A stretch of 64,000 nucleotides of DNA, taken from NCBI GenBank assembly GCA_035285595.1, contig JAYKGV010000061.1, positions 6,874 to 70,873 on the forward strand, in the 5' to 3' direction. Position numbers and translations under genes: made by a program. Source of the DNA: Candidatus Sericytochromatia bacterium. Lineage in GTDB: Bacteria > Cyanobacteriota > Sericytochromatia > S15B-MN24 > VGJW01. Under the pieces are notes generated by a model. That model saw only the letters and a list, made by a program, of their open reading frames with translations. It was not told the origin of the DNA and did no database searches. Positions within the stretch are counted from its first letter, which is position 1; each line of letters starts with the position of its first letter. Of the stretch, positions 18,025-28,161 are shown one piece after another.

Positions 18025-18975
18025 TCAGGCCGCGGCTGGCACCTTGGTCACCGTGGCGGCCAAGGTCTGGCGTGCAGTGACCAGGCGCCACGAAAGGGCG
18101 ACCAGCAGGGCGAAGAGCAGGTAAGCGTTGCCGTGGTGGGCCGCCGTGACGACAAGGGGTAACTTGTACAGGACATTCAGAATACCCAGAGCGACCTGCA
18201 GGGCCAACACACCCACCGCAAGCCGGGGCAGGGTGCGCACCCATCCGGCTGCGTGACGGGTACGCCAGGCAAGGACGACCACGAGGCCCGTGACGAGGTA
18301 GGCCCCATAGCGGTGAAGCATCTGCAGGGCCACGTTGCCCACCATCGCCGGAAGCCACTCCCCGTGGCAGGTAGGAAAGTCCGGACACGCCAAGCCCGCC
18401 TCGAAATTGGCGACGATGCCCCCCGCGAGCGCCTGTAGATAGATGGCCGCCGTCGTACCCAACGCAAGACCGAGATATTCCCGCCCTTCCTCGCTCGGAT
18501 CCTTGTCTCCGTCGGCCAAGCGAAACGCACGCAGTCCCAGCGTGATCATCGTGGCGAAGAAGGCCAGGGCAGTGGCCAAGTGGGTGACGACAAGCTCGGG
18601 CGGGACCATATGGCGAATGATGAGCGCGCCCCAGCCGATCTGCACCACGAGCAGGGTGCAAGCAAGGGCCATGTGCCCCCCCAGTCGGCTGCGCAGGCTG
18701 GGGGTCCAAGCCAGCCATCCGACGGCAACCAGCATGCCCGTACTGACCACGGAAGCGATGGCCCGGTGGGTGAACTCGATGACGGCTGTCATCTCTCCCG
18801 GTGGCAACAGCGCCCCATGGCACAACGGCCAATCGTGCCAGCCACCTGCCGTGCCGCATCCCAAGCCCGAACCCGTCGCGCGAACCACCACGCCCGCGAA
18901 CACCAGAAGCACAGTCAGGCCTACCAGGCCCATAATCAACTGCCCGAATCGCCTGAAGGTCAATGTATCCGACAT
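18025..18975 (-). CDS. ctaA: Heme A synthase
   Basis: Polytopic membrane protein with paired-Cys loops (GSGLGCG...WPLCHG; ACPDFPTCHGEW) and conserved His typical of CtaA/COX15. Start at ATG 18973-18975 (MSDTLTF...). The ORF-track 440-aa version is an over-extension. Confidence 0.8.
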   Translation of the reverse strand: MSDTLTFRRFGQLIMGLVGLTVLLVFAGVVVRATGSGLGCGTAGGWHDWPLCHGALLPPGEMTAVIEFTHRAIASVVSTGMLVAVGWLAWTPSLRSRLGGHMALACTLLVVQIGWGALIIRHMVPPELVVTHLATALAFFATMITLGLRAFRLADGDKDPSEEGREYLGLALGTTAAIYLQALAGGIVANFEAGLACPDFPTCHGEWLPAMVGNVALQMLHRYGAYLVTGLVVVLAWRTRHAAGWVRTLPRLAVGVLALQVALGILNVLYKLPLVVTAAHHGNAYLLFALLVALSWRLVTARQTLAATVTKVPAAA

Positions 18976-19159
18976 CGTGGGGTGTCCTGTGGGCCAAACT
19001 TGCGCCCCGGTGGGGCGTCGTAGTGTGCGGTGGATGGGCCGGGACAGGCATTGAGTATAGCAGTCCTTCGTGAGATATTGGGAACGCTTGAGCGGCCTCT
19101 GGCGTTCGTGCAATTCGTGATGAGTCCTGTCGATATTTCGGAGAGGTTGACCTGTCCCC

Positions 19160-20089
19160 ATGAGACATTCCTGGCGAGCGAATATGATGGCAGCCGCGTG
19201 CGCCGCGACGGTGCTTGGCTGCAATGTGTCCCCCGAGACGCTCCAGCAGGCGGTGCAGGAGGCGGCGACCTTGCTCAAGGATGCCGGCGTCAAGCTGGAA
19301 TTCCTGGATGCCGACGGACAGGCCGTGGTGCTGGCTGAAGAGGACATCGATGCGGTCTATCTCGACGGCAAGGAGCTGTCGGCGGCGGACTATGACGTGG
19401 TGGAGGGTGAAGTTCGCTTCAAGGGCCTCGAAGCCGACGACAGGACCCGCAAGGTCGAGATTCGCCTGAAGGATATCGAGCAGCCACTGACCACCACGCT
19501 CGTGGCGAAGGACGGGCGCCAGAAGCCCGCAGAGAACCGCTTGGCCATCGTGCAGGACAGCCTCGGTGGGGTCGTGTTCCAGCCCAACGGTGATTTGGTG
19601 AAGTTGCGCGAGGAGCAGCGCCGCAAGGACGTCCTGTCGCGGGTGACTCTGGACATACGCTACATGGGTTTGCTCAGACCACCGCTGCATGCGGGCTTTT
19701 TCACGCAGGAGGGGTCCTGGAGTCATTTCCCGCGGCCCGAGCAGCCCGCGGCGACCTGGTCCGCCAAGGTCGTGGCCTTTGATGTGCAGGTCTTCAATCT
19801 ACTGGCCCCGAAGCAGCCCCCTACCGCTTCACCCTCGGCCGATCCTGCCCGGCTGCCCGGTGCCGGCCTGTGGGTCTTGGCAGAGCGGCCCGATGGCAAG
19901 GCTGTCATCTATTCGGTCAGATTCACGAAGGCCGATGGCCTGAAGCTGTATCAGCAAGAGCCTCCGATGCCTCAGACGCTTACCTTGGCCAACCTCGCAA
20001 CCAACAGCCCCGAGGTCTTCGACAGCGTCCTTGCAGCCACAGCGGCCAAAAGGATTCGTGAGGTCCCGGCTCCGCCCCAGCCGAACTGA
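19160..20089 (+). CDS. Hypothetical lipoprotein
   Basis: Signal peptide ending in lipobox TVLGC. No recognisable domain. Confidence 0.55.
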   Translation: MRHSWRANMMAAACAATVLGCNVSPETLQQAVQEAATLLKDAGVKLEFLDADGQAVVLAEEDIDAVYLDGKELSAADYDVVEGEVRFKGLEADDRTRKVEIRLKDIEQPLTTTLVAKDGRQKPAENRLAIVQDSLGGVVFQPNGDLVKLREEQRRKDVLSRVTLDIRYMGLLRPPLHAGFFTQEGSWSHFPRPEQPAATWSAKVVAFDVQVFNLLAPKQPPTASPSADPARLPGAGLWVLAERPDGKAVIYSVRFTKADGLKLYQQEPPMPQTLTLANLATNSPEVFDSVLAATAAKRIREVPAPPQPN

Positions 20090-20166
20090 GCGTCCTCGGC
20101 CCGGCGTGTCCCGACCCTCAGGGATACGCCGGGTGCACCTTCCCGCGTGACCGTCGGCCCCTTGCC

Positions 20167-21360
20167 GTGCCCCAAGGCCGTATGATGGGGCCGATGAGAC
20201 GCTTTTCTTCTCTTGCCGTGTTGGCCGCTTTTCTGTTCCTGACCATGGCCGGCTTTGCCCTGATTATTCCTGTCCTGCCGCAGCGCGTGGCGGATATGCC
20301 GCGGCCTGATTTGGCCCCTGATGTCGCGATGGGGATTCTGATGGGGAGTTACGCGGCCGTGCAGTTCGTGATGGCTCCGTGGTGGGGGCGGGTCTCCGAC
20401 CGACGAGGGCGCAGGCCGGTGCTCCTGATTGGGGGGGTCGGCTTTGCCCTTGCTCTGGCGGGCATGGCCGCGGCCGAAACCTTTTCCATGCTGCTGGCGG
20501 CCCGGTTGGCTGGCGGCTTGATGGCCGCGGCCCTGCTGCCGGCGGCTCTTGCCGCAGTGGATGATCTGGCCGGGGAGGTCGGGAGGGGTAGAGGCATGGC
20601 TCTGGCGGGCGCTTCGCTAGGCCTTGGCTTCGTACTTGGACCGGCACTGGGGGGCTGGTTGTCGATGGGGGGGGACCTGCGTCTGCCGTTCGTGGTCGCG
20701 GCGGTCTCCTGTACCGTGGTGGTGGCCCTCGCGGCCGTCGTCCTGCCCGAGACCCGGCCTGCCGATGCCCTGCCGAGGAGCCGTAGTCTCAAGCAGGCGC
20801 TTGCGCTGTCCTGGGAGCGAGGCAGGCCCTTGTTCCTGGCCGGTCTCTTGCAAATGATGCTCTTTTCAGGCATGGAGGCCGTGCTCGGCATTCATCTGCT
20901 TGAGCGTTTCGGCATGGGGCCGGCGGCTCTGGGTGCCACCTTGGGCGTGATGGGTCTCGTGTCTGCGGCCGTTGCCGGAGGGGGGGGCGGTCGTCTCATC
21001 GAACGCTTGGGTGAGAACCAGACGCTCACCTTGGCCTTCGTTGCTTTCGCCGGGGGGTTTGCGCTCATGGCTTTCCCACTGGGCTTTCCCGGCGTGGCTG
21101 CTGGACTCTTCCTGTTGGGCGTGGGCTCGGCCCTGATGCGTCCGTCACTGTCCGCAGGCGTCGGGAGGCGCCTGCCAGGGGATGCGGGCACGGGCCTGGG
21201 AGCGCTGCAGTCCTTTGAGGCCCTCGGAAGGGCCGTTGGCCCCTTGTTGGCAGGGTTGGCCCTTCATTCGATGGGACGTGGGGCGTGGGGCATCTCGGCA
21301 CTTCTCGCTCTGGGGGGCATTGGCCTCGGACGCTGGGCCGCACGCGAAGGGGAAGCCTGA
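20167..21360 (+). CDS. MFS transporter
   Basis: About 12 predicted TM helices with the MFS-like loop motif (GRVSDRRGRRPVLL). Confidence 0.75.
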   Translation: MPQGRMMGPMRRFSSLAVLAAFLFLTMAGFALIIPVLPQRVADMPRPDLAPDVAMGILMGSYAAVQFVMAPWWGRVSDRRGRRPVLLIGGVGFALALAGMAAAETFSMLLAARLAGGLMAAALLPAALAAVDDLAGEVGRGRGMALAGASLGLGFVLGPALGGWLSMGGDLRLPFVVAAVSCTVVVALAAVVLPETRPADALPRSRSLKQALALSWERGRPLFLAGLLQMMLFSGMEAVLGIHLLERFGMGPAALGATLGVMGLVSAAVAGGGGGRLIERLGENQTLTLAFVAFAGGFALMAFPLGFPGVAAGLFLLGVGSALMRPSLSAGVGRRLPGDAGTGLGALQSFEALGRAVGPLLAGLALHSMGRGAWGISALLALGGIGLGRWAAREGEA

Positions 21361-21382
21361 GGCCTTGCTCCCCGTTCGTCCC

Positions 21383-22294
21383 ATGGTGCTGGTGAATCCC
21401 GCCGCCCGAAGGGGAGGGCGTCGTGGCTTGCTCGAGGACTTTCTGGCCGGCTTGGCCTTGCCAGGCGCCGTGGGTATCGTCCCGGCCAGTCGCGAGGAGG
21501 CTGTTGCCCGGATGGCCGAGGCAGGGGCAAGGGGACACGACGGCTTGATCGTACTGGCTGGGGATGGAGGACTCAACGCGGCTCTGCCTCCGGCGCTTGC
21601 GCAGAACCTGCCCCTGGCGGTCTGCCCGGCAGGAACGGCCAACGACTGGGCCCGGCACGTGGGGATGCCCCGGCATCCTTGGCAGGCGGGGGCGGCGCTG
21701 CGCTCCGGTCGTCTGGCCCGTGTCGACGTGCTCGAGGTGGAGGGGCGTCCCTTCCTGACCGGCGGAGGCCTGGGCGCCGTAGCGGCCGTGGCCGAGTCCG
21801 TGAACCAGGCCAAGGCGAGGTCCGATGCCCTCGGGGCTTTCACCCGCGCACTCGGGGCGGCTGTCTACTTGGTTCATACGGTCGGGGTCGTGCTCGGGCG
21901 TCAGGATGTGTGGTTCGACTGGACATTGACCCATGAGGACGGCACCGCGCGACAGTTCCGCAGCTTGGCGGTCTTCGTTCACAACGTGCCAACGATCGGA
22001 CACTTCGTCCGCGCCGTGCCTGCGGCCCGTCCGGACGACGGACGCATGGACCTGATGGCGCTGCTGGGAACGGGGAGGCTGGGGATCTTGCGGGATGTCG
22101 CACGGCTGAGCGCCCCGTTCGTCCCGCGCCCCTTTCCCGAGGCACTGCTCGAGGGAGGCCACGCATGGACCCTGGCCGCGGAGCGTCCTTTCGTCTTTCA
22201 CGGAGATGGCGATCCCTTGGCGGAGGGAAAGGTGATGCGCTTCGCCTCGCGGCCTGCGGCGCTTCTCGCGTGGTTGCCGGGACGGGCGGACTAG
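21383..22294 (+). CDS. Lipid kinase, diacylglycerol-kinase catalytic domain family (YegS/BmrU-like)
   Basis: DAGK_cat features (MVLVNPAARRG..., LIVLAGDGGLN). Start at ATG 21383 just after the MFS stop. The ORF-track 370-aa version overlaps the MFS gene in another frame. Confidence 0.6.
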   Translation: MVLVNPAARRGGRRGLLEDFLAGLALPGAVGIVPASREEAVARMAEAGARGHDGLIVLAGDGGLNAALPPALAQNLPLAVCPAGTANDWARHVGMPRHPWQAGAALRSGRLARVDVLEVEGRPFLTGGGLGAVAAVAESVNQAKARSDALGAFTRALGAAVYLVHTVGVVLGRQDVWFDWTLTHEDGTARQFRSLAVFVHNVPTIGHFVRAVPAARPDDGRMDLMALLGTGRLGILRDVARLSAPFVPRPFPEALLEGGHAWTLAAERPFVFHGDGDPLAEGKVMRFASRPAALLAWLPGRAD

Positions 22295-22308
22295 ATCCAG
22301 CCTGCCCC

Positions 22309-23562
22309 TCAGGGGTCGACACGGGCGATCTTGAAATTGGTGTAGATGAATCGGTCCTGGCGATGCAGGACGACAGCCTCGTCATCCAGCGAGGTCAGGC
22401 CCGGCAGGTCGGGCATGGGGCGCTCCAGCAGCGTATTCCACCAGCACAGGCGGGCTCCGGGACGCGCGGAGGCCGTGAGGTCCGCATGCAATGCGACCAC
22501 GTCGGTCCACGGCATCCAGTCGAAGACATTGGACAGATTGAAACGGTCGAAGGTGTCCGGATGAAAGGCATCCTGCAGTTGGCCATGGCACATCTTCAGC
22601 CTCACCAGCCGGCTGGCGAGGTGCTCCTGGTTCTCGCGCGCAAGGTAAGGCGGCAGGGCGACGTCATCCGCGGGCAGAGCTCCCTCGAGTATCAGGCGCA
22701 TGAAGAAATTCTCCCTCATGGGCAGCCCCGTCAGGATGTGTTCCGCACGGGCCCTCAGCGCGTCACCCAGAGCCCCGCCCTCCACTTGCCTGAAGTGAGC
22801 GGGATCCTTGACACGCTCCAGCACGGCTCGACTGAAGAAAGTACGGAAGAGGCCGCGCCAAAGCGCTCCTTGCCAGTGCTCTGAAAACCGGCGCGCCTGC
22901 TCGGCTGGGTCGTCAAGCGTGGCGAACTCCGCAAGGAACCTGTGCCCCAGCACGAGGCGCAGGAGCCTGCCGAAGGCAAGCAGGTAGCGTTCCAGCTTTC
23001 CCGACAGCAGAATCCCCTCTTGCAGGTCACGTCTCTGTTCGTCGAAGAACGCACGGGCATCGGGCGACAAAGCGGTGCGAATCTGCCGGTACAGGCCCAG
23101 ACGATCCCGGGCGGCACCAAAGCCGAGGAGCGCCAGCTTGTCCTCGTGCCCGAGATGGGCCAAGGCTGCCATCTTGAGTTCGAGGACGTGAAGCTGGCGG
23201 ATATTCATGTCCACCACCACGAGTTCTTCGGGATCCTCTGCCAGAAGGGCGAGGCTGTTGCAGCCTCCCGAACCCACGGAAAGGATACGCTGGCCGGGTC
23301 GGGGAGCCAGGGCCCGGAGCATGACCCGGGCATCTTCCCAGCAGTTGGCGTAGCCGATCCCCTGATGGAAGGGACGGGCGGCGATGGCGCGGTTCGGGAC
23401 AGACGCGGAGGAGGGCGAAGTCGGCTTCAAGGCATGACGGACGGGTGGACCGCCGGGGCGGCAGGGGGTATGACCAAAGGATGAGCCAGGCAACTTTGCC
23501 CCAGCATACCCGAGCTCCCGCGTGGCGGCGCTGGTGGGAGTATCAAGCGGAGCGCTTTCCAC
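22309..23562 (-). CDS. DUF3419 protein, BtaA-like SAM-dependent 3-amino-3-carboxypropyl transferase family
   Basis: IGYANCWEDARVM, the Rossmann-like VGSGGCN and LSNVFDWM are characteristic of DUF3419/BtaA N-domain. The true start is uncertain. The longest version overlaps the divergent 23481 gene, and an internal TTG near 23427 is possible. Confidence 0.65.
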   Translation of the reverse strand: MESAPLDTPTSAATRELGYAGAKLPGSSFGHTPCRPGGPPVRHALKPTSPSSASVPNRAIAARPFHQGIGYANCWEDARVMLRALAPRPGQRILSVGSGGCNSLALLAEDPEELVVVDMNIRQLHVLELKMAALAHLGHEDKLALLGFGAARDRLGLYRQIRTALSPDARAFFDEQRRDLQEGILLSGKLERYLLAFGRLLRLVLGHRFLAEFATLDDPAEQARRFSEHWQGALWRGLFRTFFSRAVLERVKDPAHFRQVEGGALGDALRARAEHILTGLPMRENFFMRLILEGALPADDVALPPYLARENQEHLASRLVRLKMCHGQLQDAFHPDTFDRFNLSNVFDWMPWTDVVALHADLTASARPGARLCWWNTLLERPMPDLPGLTSLDDEAVVLHRQDRFIYTNFKIARVDP

Positions 23563-24428
23563 TTGCCACGCATCTGGTAGGCATTCTGCTGTTTTTCGGC
23601 TTGGCGCATGGCGGAGCGGTGGCGCTGGCCACAGAAGGACCGGTCCCGGTGGGCGGCCGCACGGCCCTTGCGTTCTTCCTGACCTTTCAGGTCTTTCTGT
23701 TGCTGCGGGTCATGGACGAGTTCAAGGACTTCGCCGACGATGCGGTCAACCATCCTGAGCGGGTCGTCCAGCGCGGGGTCGTCACGCTACCGGAGCTCAA
23801 GGTCCTCGGCATCGGCATCGGTGTGTCGATGGCAATCCTTGCTCTGGCGCTGGGACGCGAGGGGGTGGTGGGTTTTGCTGCGGTGACGGCTTTTTCGGGG
23901 CTGATGCGCGTCGAGTTTTTCATCGGCCCATGGTTGCGCCAACGGGTCCTGACCTATGCTCTTCTGCACCAGGGCATCGTGCCACTGCTCTGCGTGGCCG
24001 TGGGCCGCCTGGCCGCGGGACCCGCCGGTCTCGGGGCGGAGTACCTGCTGGTGGTGGGAGTCGCGGTCGGGCTTGGCCTCGTCTTTGAACTGACACGCAA
24101 GGCGAGGGCACCGGAAGAGGAGCTTGAAACGCTTGCGACGTACACCCGGGTTCACGGCCCGTTCGGAGCTTCCTTGGCGGCTTTCGTGGCGTTGGCCCTG
24201 GCTGTCCTTGCGGCCAGCTGGTTGGCCCTGCGTCTCGCGCTGCCGGTCGGAAGCCTTGTGCTGGTCCTGCTGTCGGGATTTGCGGGTACTCTGGTTCTCG
24301 GGGTGTTCGCGGTGCGACCGTTTCCTGAAACGGCCAAGGTCGTCCGCATCATGGGCACGGTGGTGTTCGTCCTGATTCAGGCTGCATTGGTCTTGGGCTT
24401 GTGGGTGCAGCGAGGGTTTGCTTGGTGA
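23481..24428 (+). CDS. Polytopic membrane protein, possibly UbiA-superfamily prenyltransferase-like
   Basis: About 9 TM helices. Asp-rich cytoplasmic loop after TM2 (MDEFKDFADD), reminiscent of the UbiA first Asp-rich motif. The second motif is not canonical. Start at ATG 23481. Confidence 0.45.
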   Translation: MSQATLPQHTRAPAWRRWWEYQAERFPLATHLVGILLFFGLAHGGAVALATEGPVPVGGRTALAFFLTFQVFLLLRVMDEFKDFADDAVNHPERVVQRGVVTLPELKVLGIGIGVSMAILALALGREGVVGFAAVTAFSGLMRVEFFIGPWLRQRVLTYALLHQGIVPLLCVAVGRLAAGPAGLGAEYLLVVGVAVGLGLVFELTRKARAPEEELETLATYTRVHGPFGASLAAFVALALAVLAASWLALRLALPVGSLVLVLLSGFAGTLVLGVFAVRPFPETAKVVRIMGTVVFVLIQAALVLGLWVQRGFAW

Positions 24429-27106
24429 ACCGAACATCTGGACCCTCGGCGTTCGAAGCTGCTCATACGCTTGGACGGCTGTTGTTGACCGATGAGGATG
24501 CCGCCAGCGGAGAGCGCGCGCTTGCCGGGGGCAAGGCCGCACAACTGTCCGTCCTGCGCTCGATGGGATTGAGGGTGCCCGGTTGGCTGGTGTTGACGAC
24601 CCATGCCTACGAGCTGTGGCGCCTGGCGGACCAACCCGATCAAGTTCCCCGAGACCTGGCGGAAATCCTCCGGCGCGGCATGGAGGGGCGCTGGGGCGAG
24701 GCGGCGAGCACCATGAGATTCGCTGTCCGTTCCTCGGCCGCAGGCGAAGACAGTGGCTCCAGCTCCTTCGCCGGCCAGTTCCGCACGATTCTGGGTGCCC
24801 TGGGCATCGACGGTGTCCTTGCCGCCCTGCCTGGAGTATGGGGCGCCGCCGCGTCCGAAGGCGTGCTGGCTTATGCTCGCCAGCGGGGGGTGAGTCGAGA
24901 GGCCCTGCGCCTTGCGGTGGTCATTCAGGAACTCGTGGTCCCCGAGGCCAGTGGGGTCGTGTTCTCGGCACATCCGGTCACGGGGGATCGCGAGGAGGTC
25001 GTAGGACGGGTGGGCTGGGGCCTCGGCGAGGGCGTCGTGGCCGATCTGGTCCCCTCGGACGGGTTTTCGGAGCGCACCGGCGAGGTGCGTTACGAAACGG
25101 CAGACAAGGAGTCTGCCGTGGTCCTTGAGCCAAGTGGAACAACGGTGCTGGGACCCGTCGACGAGAATCGACGCCTTGTTCGCTGCCTGACCGATGCCGA
25201 GGTGCGTGAACTGGCTTGCGAAGCCCGCAGGATCGCCCGTCTGGCCGGCCATCCGCAGGACATCGAATTCGCGAGGATGGCCGACGGTTGGGTGTTCCTG
25301 CAGACCCGTCCCGTGACCACGCTTGAACCCGGCTTGCCCTCTTCCGGGAGGGCAGAGGTCCACGTGGGGACGCTCGAACGGCTGTGGGACAACTCGAACA
25401 TCGTCGAGTCTTACAACGGCGTCACGACTCCCCTGACCTTCAGCTTTGCCAGCCAGGCCTATACCATCGTCTACCAACAGATTGCCGCCTTGCTTGGGGT
25501 GCCGCCGCAGACCCTGCAGGCCAATGCGGCGACCTTCAGGAATATGATTGGCTTCCATTCGGGTCGTATTTACTACAACATGAGGAATTGGTATCGCATC
25601 GTCGCCCTGCTGCCGGGTTACGAAGCGAACAAGGCCTTCATGGAACAGATGATGGGCGTCAAGGCCACGGCGCAGGTCGGCGCGGACACGGCGCGCGCAG
25701 GCATGCTGGCCAGGTTCGGGCCGGTCCTCGTGGTGGCGGGTCGCTTGCTCTGGGCATATCTGACCATCGACCGCCGAGTCTCGGCTTTCCAGCACCACTT
25801 CAACCAGGTTTATGAGGCGTGGAGGCACAAGGATTGGGCGAGCATGCCGCCCGATGCCCTGGCCGAGGCTTACGATGAGCTCGAACGTTCCCTGTTGTGG
25901 CGTTGGCAGGCGCCCATCCTGACAGATACCTTCGCGATGGTGGCCTACGGTCTGCTCCGTCGGCTGTGTGATCGCTGGTTGCCGGGGGCGGACTCCTCCT
26001 TGCAGAACGATCTGCTCTCGGGAGAAGGTGGCATCGAATCGACCGCGCCGACGCACTGGTTGCTCCGAAAGGCCGCCGAGCTGGCTTCCCAGCCCGAGCG
26101 AGCCTCAGCGCTGCTGGCGCGGGAGGCAGCCGACGTGCCGGCATGGGTCGACCAGGGCGATCCCGTCCTGGCTTCGGAGGTGGCCGGATTCCTGGATCGA
26201 TGGGGGTTTCGGTGTATGGACGAGCTCAAACTCGAGGAGCCCACGCTCAAGGACGAGCCTTCCTTTGTGTATGCCATGTTGCAGAACTACCTCAAGCTGG
26301 CCGCCGTAGGCCGATTGCCCTCAGCCGATGCGGAATCTGACCTGCGCAAGGCGGCCGAGGCCGAAGTCCGCACGCGATTGCGCGGTCGTCCCCTGCGTGC
26401 CTGGTTGTTCTTCCGTGTGCTGGGCGAGGCTCGCAAACACGTCCGGAATCGCGAGAACCTGCGCTTCTCTCGGACGCGAATCTTCGGCGTATGCCGCGAG
26501 TTGTTCCGTGCGATGGGCACGCATATGACGGCCAGTGGCCTCCTGTCGCGGCCCGGCGACGTCTTTTACCTTACCGTTCCTGAGGTTTGGGCTTGGGCAG
26601 AGGGTCGTGCCGTGACCACGGACCTCAAGGGGCTTGCGGCCTTGCGCGCGAGGCAGTTCGAGTCCTGGAAGACCATGGAGGTGCCCGAGCGTTTCACGAC
26701 GAACGGCGTGCCTTCCCTGTCACGGAGGGACATCGCGCGGTCCGAACGGCGCGCGGGGCCTGACGACGAGGGGGTTCTGCACGGGGTCAGCTGTTGCCCC
26801 GGCAAAGTCACGGCACCGGTTCGTCTGGTGCTGCGTCCTGCCGACGCTGAGGGATTGGCCGGCCAGATCCTGACAACGGTTCGAACGGATCCCGGATGGA
26901 TCCCCCTTTATCCTGCTTCGGCTGGTTTGCTGATCGAGCGGGGCAGCATCCTCTCTCATTCGGCCATCGTGGCACGTGAGATGGGCTTGCCGGCCATCGT
27001 GGGCATTCCCGGCCTGTCCCGGGCCGTGATGGAGGGGCAGACGGTGACGATGGATGGCAGGGCCGGTACCGTGCGGCTCCGCGACCCTGCGGAATCGTGC
27101 GTATGA
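24425..27106 (+). CDS. PEP-utilising enzyme family protein (PPDK_N ATP-binding domain + C-terminal swivel phosphohistidine domain; PpsA/rifampin-phosphotransferase-like)
   Basis: N-terminal GGKAAQLSVLRSMGLRVPGWLVLTT (PPDK_N). C-terminal GSILSHSAIVAREMGLPAIVGIPG (PEP-utilisers mobile domain with catalytic His). About 890 aa. Start assumed at GTG 24425, overlapping the upstream stop (GTGA). Confidence 0.7.
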   Translation: MNRTSGPSAFEAAHTLGRLLLTDEDAASGERALAGGKAAQLSVLRSMGLRVPGWLVLTTHAYELWRLADQPDQVPRDLAEILRRGMEGRWGEAASTMRFAVRSSAAGEDSGSSSFAGQFRTILGALGIDGVLAALPGVWGAAASEGVLAYARQRGVSREALRLAVVIQELVVPEASGVVFSAHPVTGDREEVVGRVGWGLGEGVVADLVPSDGFSERTGEVRYETADKESAVVLEPSGTTVLGPVDENRRLVRCLTDAEVRELACEARRIARLAGHPQDIEFARMADGWVFLQTRPVTTLEPGLPSSGRAEVHVGTLERLWDNSNIVESYNGVTTPLTFSFASQAYTIVYQQIAALLGVPPQTLQANAATFRNMIGFHSGRIYYNMRNWYRIVALLPGYEANKAFMEQMMGVKATAQVGADTARAGMLARFGPVLVVAGRLLWAYLTIDRRVSAFQHHFNQVYEAWRHKDWASMPPDALAEAYDELERSLLWRWQAPILTDTFAMVAYGLLRRLCDRWLPGADSSLQNDLLSGEGGIESTAPTHWLLRKAAELASQPERASALLAREAADVPAWVDQGDPVLASEVAGFLDRWGFRCMDELKLEEPTLKDEPSFVYAMLQNYLKLAAVGRLPSADAESDLRKAAEAEVRTRLRGRPLRAWLFFRVLGEARKHVRNRENLRFSRTRIFGVCRELFRAMGTHMTASGLLSRPGDVFYLTVPEVWAWAEGRAVTTDLKGLAALRARQFESWKTMEVPERFTTNGVPSLSRRDIARSERRAGPDDEGVLHGVSCCPGKVTAPVRLVLRPADAEGLAGQILTTVRTDPGWIPLYPASAGLLIERGSILSHSAIVAREMGLPAIVGIPGLSRAVMEGQTVTMDGRAGTVRLRDPAESCV

Positions 27107-28161
27107 ACTCGTGGACCGGTGATGAGCCCGCTGCCCTGGAGGCCTGGGCCGAAGTGGCCGGGAGGGTCTGGCGTCATCGACCGGTCTTGCCCCCGCCTGA
27201 TCCGGGCCGCTTGGGGGCCACGCTCACGCGATTGTCCAACTGGGCCCTGCCCCGGCATTTTGCCGTTCCGGGCAAGGCAGCCTTGATGGCGTGGCATTTG
27301 CCTGACGGGGTGACGGGGCATTTGGGTGCCTTCGAGGCGATGCCTGAACCGGAAGCTGCAGGTCGAGTCTTGCAGGAGGCTCTCGCCTGGCTGCATGAGC
27401 GTGGCGCCAAGGTGGCTCTTGGCCCCATCGACGGGGATGCCTGGGAGCGTACCCGCTTCAGTCTTGGGCCGGAGGACGAGCCGGCCTTCCTGCTCGAGCC
27501 GGAGAATCCGCCGGAGTATCCCTTGTTCTGGGAGGCGGCCGGCGGGAGCATCAGTCATCGTGTGTGGACCCAGGTGCAGGAAGATCCTCGGGCCGCGGCG
27601 GAAACTCTTGCGGATCACGTACGCTCTGTGAAGGAGGCCGGGTACCGGATCGCCCCGGTGACCGGTCGTTCCTGGCGGCAAGATTTGAAGGATCTCAAGG
27701 CGCTGGTCCCCGAGGTCTTCGCCGGCGGACTGCCCCTGGCGCCCATGGCCGAGGCGGACTTCGTCGCCCGATTTGCCCCTTTCTCGCCTCTGTGGCGCAG
27801 CGGACTGTCCTTTGTGGCCCGTGACGCAGGGGGCAAGGCTGTCGGATTCCTGCTGGGCCTGCCCGATCTGCGGCCTTGGCTGGGAAGGGCGGGTGGGCTG
27901 GCGGGACGGCTGGGCCTGGCTTGGCGGATCACGCATCCTCGCCGTGCCGTCCTCAAGACCTTGGGGGTTGCCCCCGCTCATCGGCGTGTGGCCCTCGGAC
28001 ATGCGCTCGCGTACGCTTTTCATCGACGGGCGGCGGCACTTGGCGTTCCGACCGTCCTCCACGCACTGATGGCAGAGGGCAATCCCTCGCGCCATATGTC
28101 CGACAAGCTCGGGGCGAGGGTCTGTCGTTCCCACGCATTGTTCAAGTGGGACCTGCGTTGA
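27103..28161 (+). CDS. GNAT-fold (FemAB/BioF2-like) putative acyltransferase
   Basis: About 350 aa with weak GNAT-like C-terminal half (AVGFLLGLPD..., ALGHALAYAF). The ATG overlaps the upstream stop (ATGA). Assignment is tentative. Confidence 0.4.
   Translation: MNSWTGDEPAALEAWAEVAGRVWRHRPVLPPPDPGRLGATLTRLSNWALPRHFAVPGKAALMAWHLPDGVTGHLGAFEAMPEPEAAGRVLQEALAWLHERGAKVALGPIDGDAWERTRFSLGPEDEPAFLLEPENPPEYPLFWEAAGGSISHRVWTQVQEDPRAAAETLADHVRSVKEAGYRIAPVTGRSWRQDLKDLKALVPEVFAGGLPLAPMAEADFVARFAPFSPLWRSGLSFVARDAGGKAVGFLLGLPDLRPWLGRAGGLAGRLGLAWRITHPRRAVLKTLGVAPAHRRVALGHALAYAFHRRAAALGVPTVLHALMAEGNPSRHMSDKLGARVCRSHALFKWDLR

Noticed and set aside
19030-19160. Divergent intergenic region between ctaA and the lipoprotein gene, scanned for a promoter (TTGAGT...GATATT).
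   Set aside because: Hexamers are weak and spacing is ambiguous. Cannot support a call from sequence alone.
24425-27106. Considered calling the PEP-utilising protein simply phosphoenolpyruvate synthase (ppsA) or a rifampin resistance gene (rph).
   Set aside because: True PpsA has a distinct central PEP/pyruvate-binding TIM-barrel domain, which I cannot confirm here. The operon context argues against a housekeeping or stand-alone resistance role. Left as family-level call.
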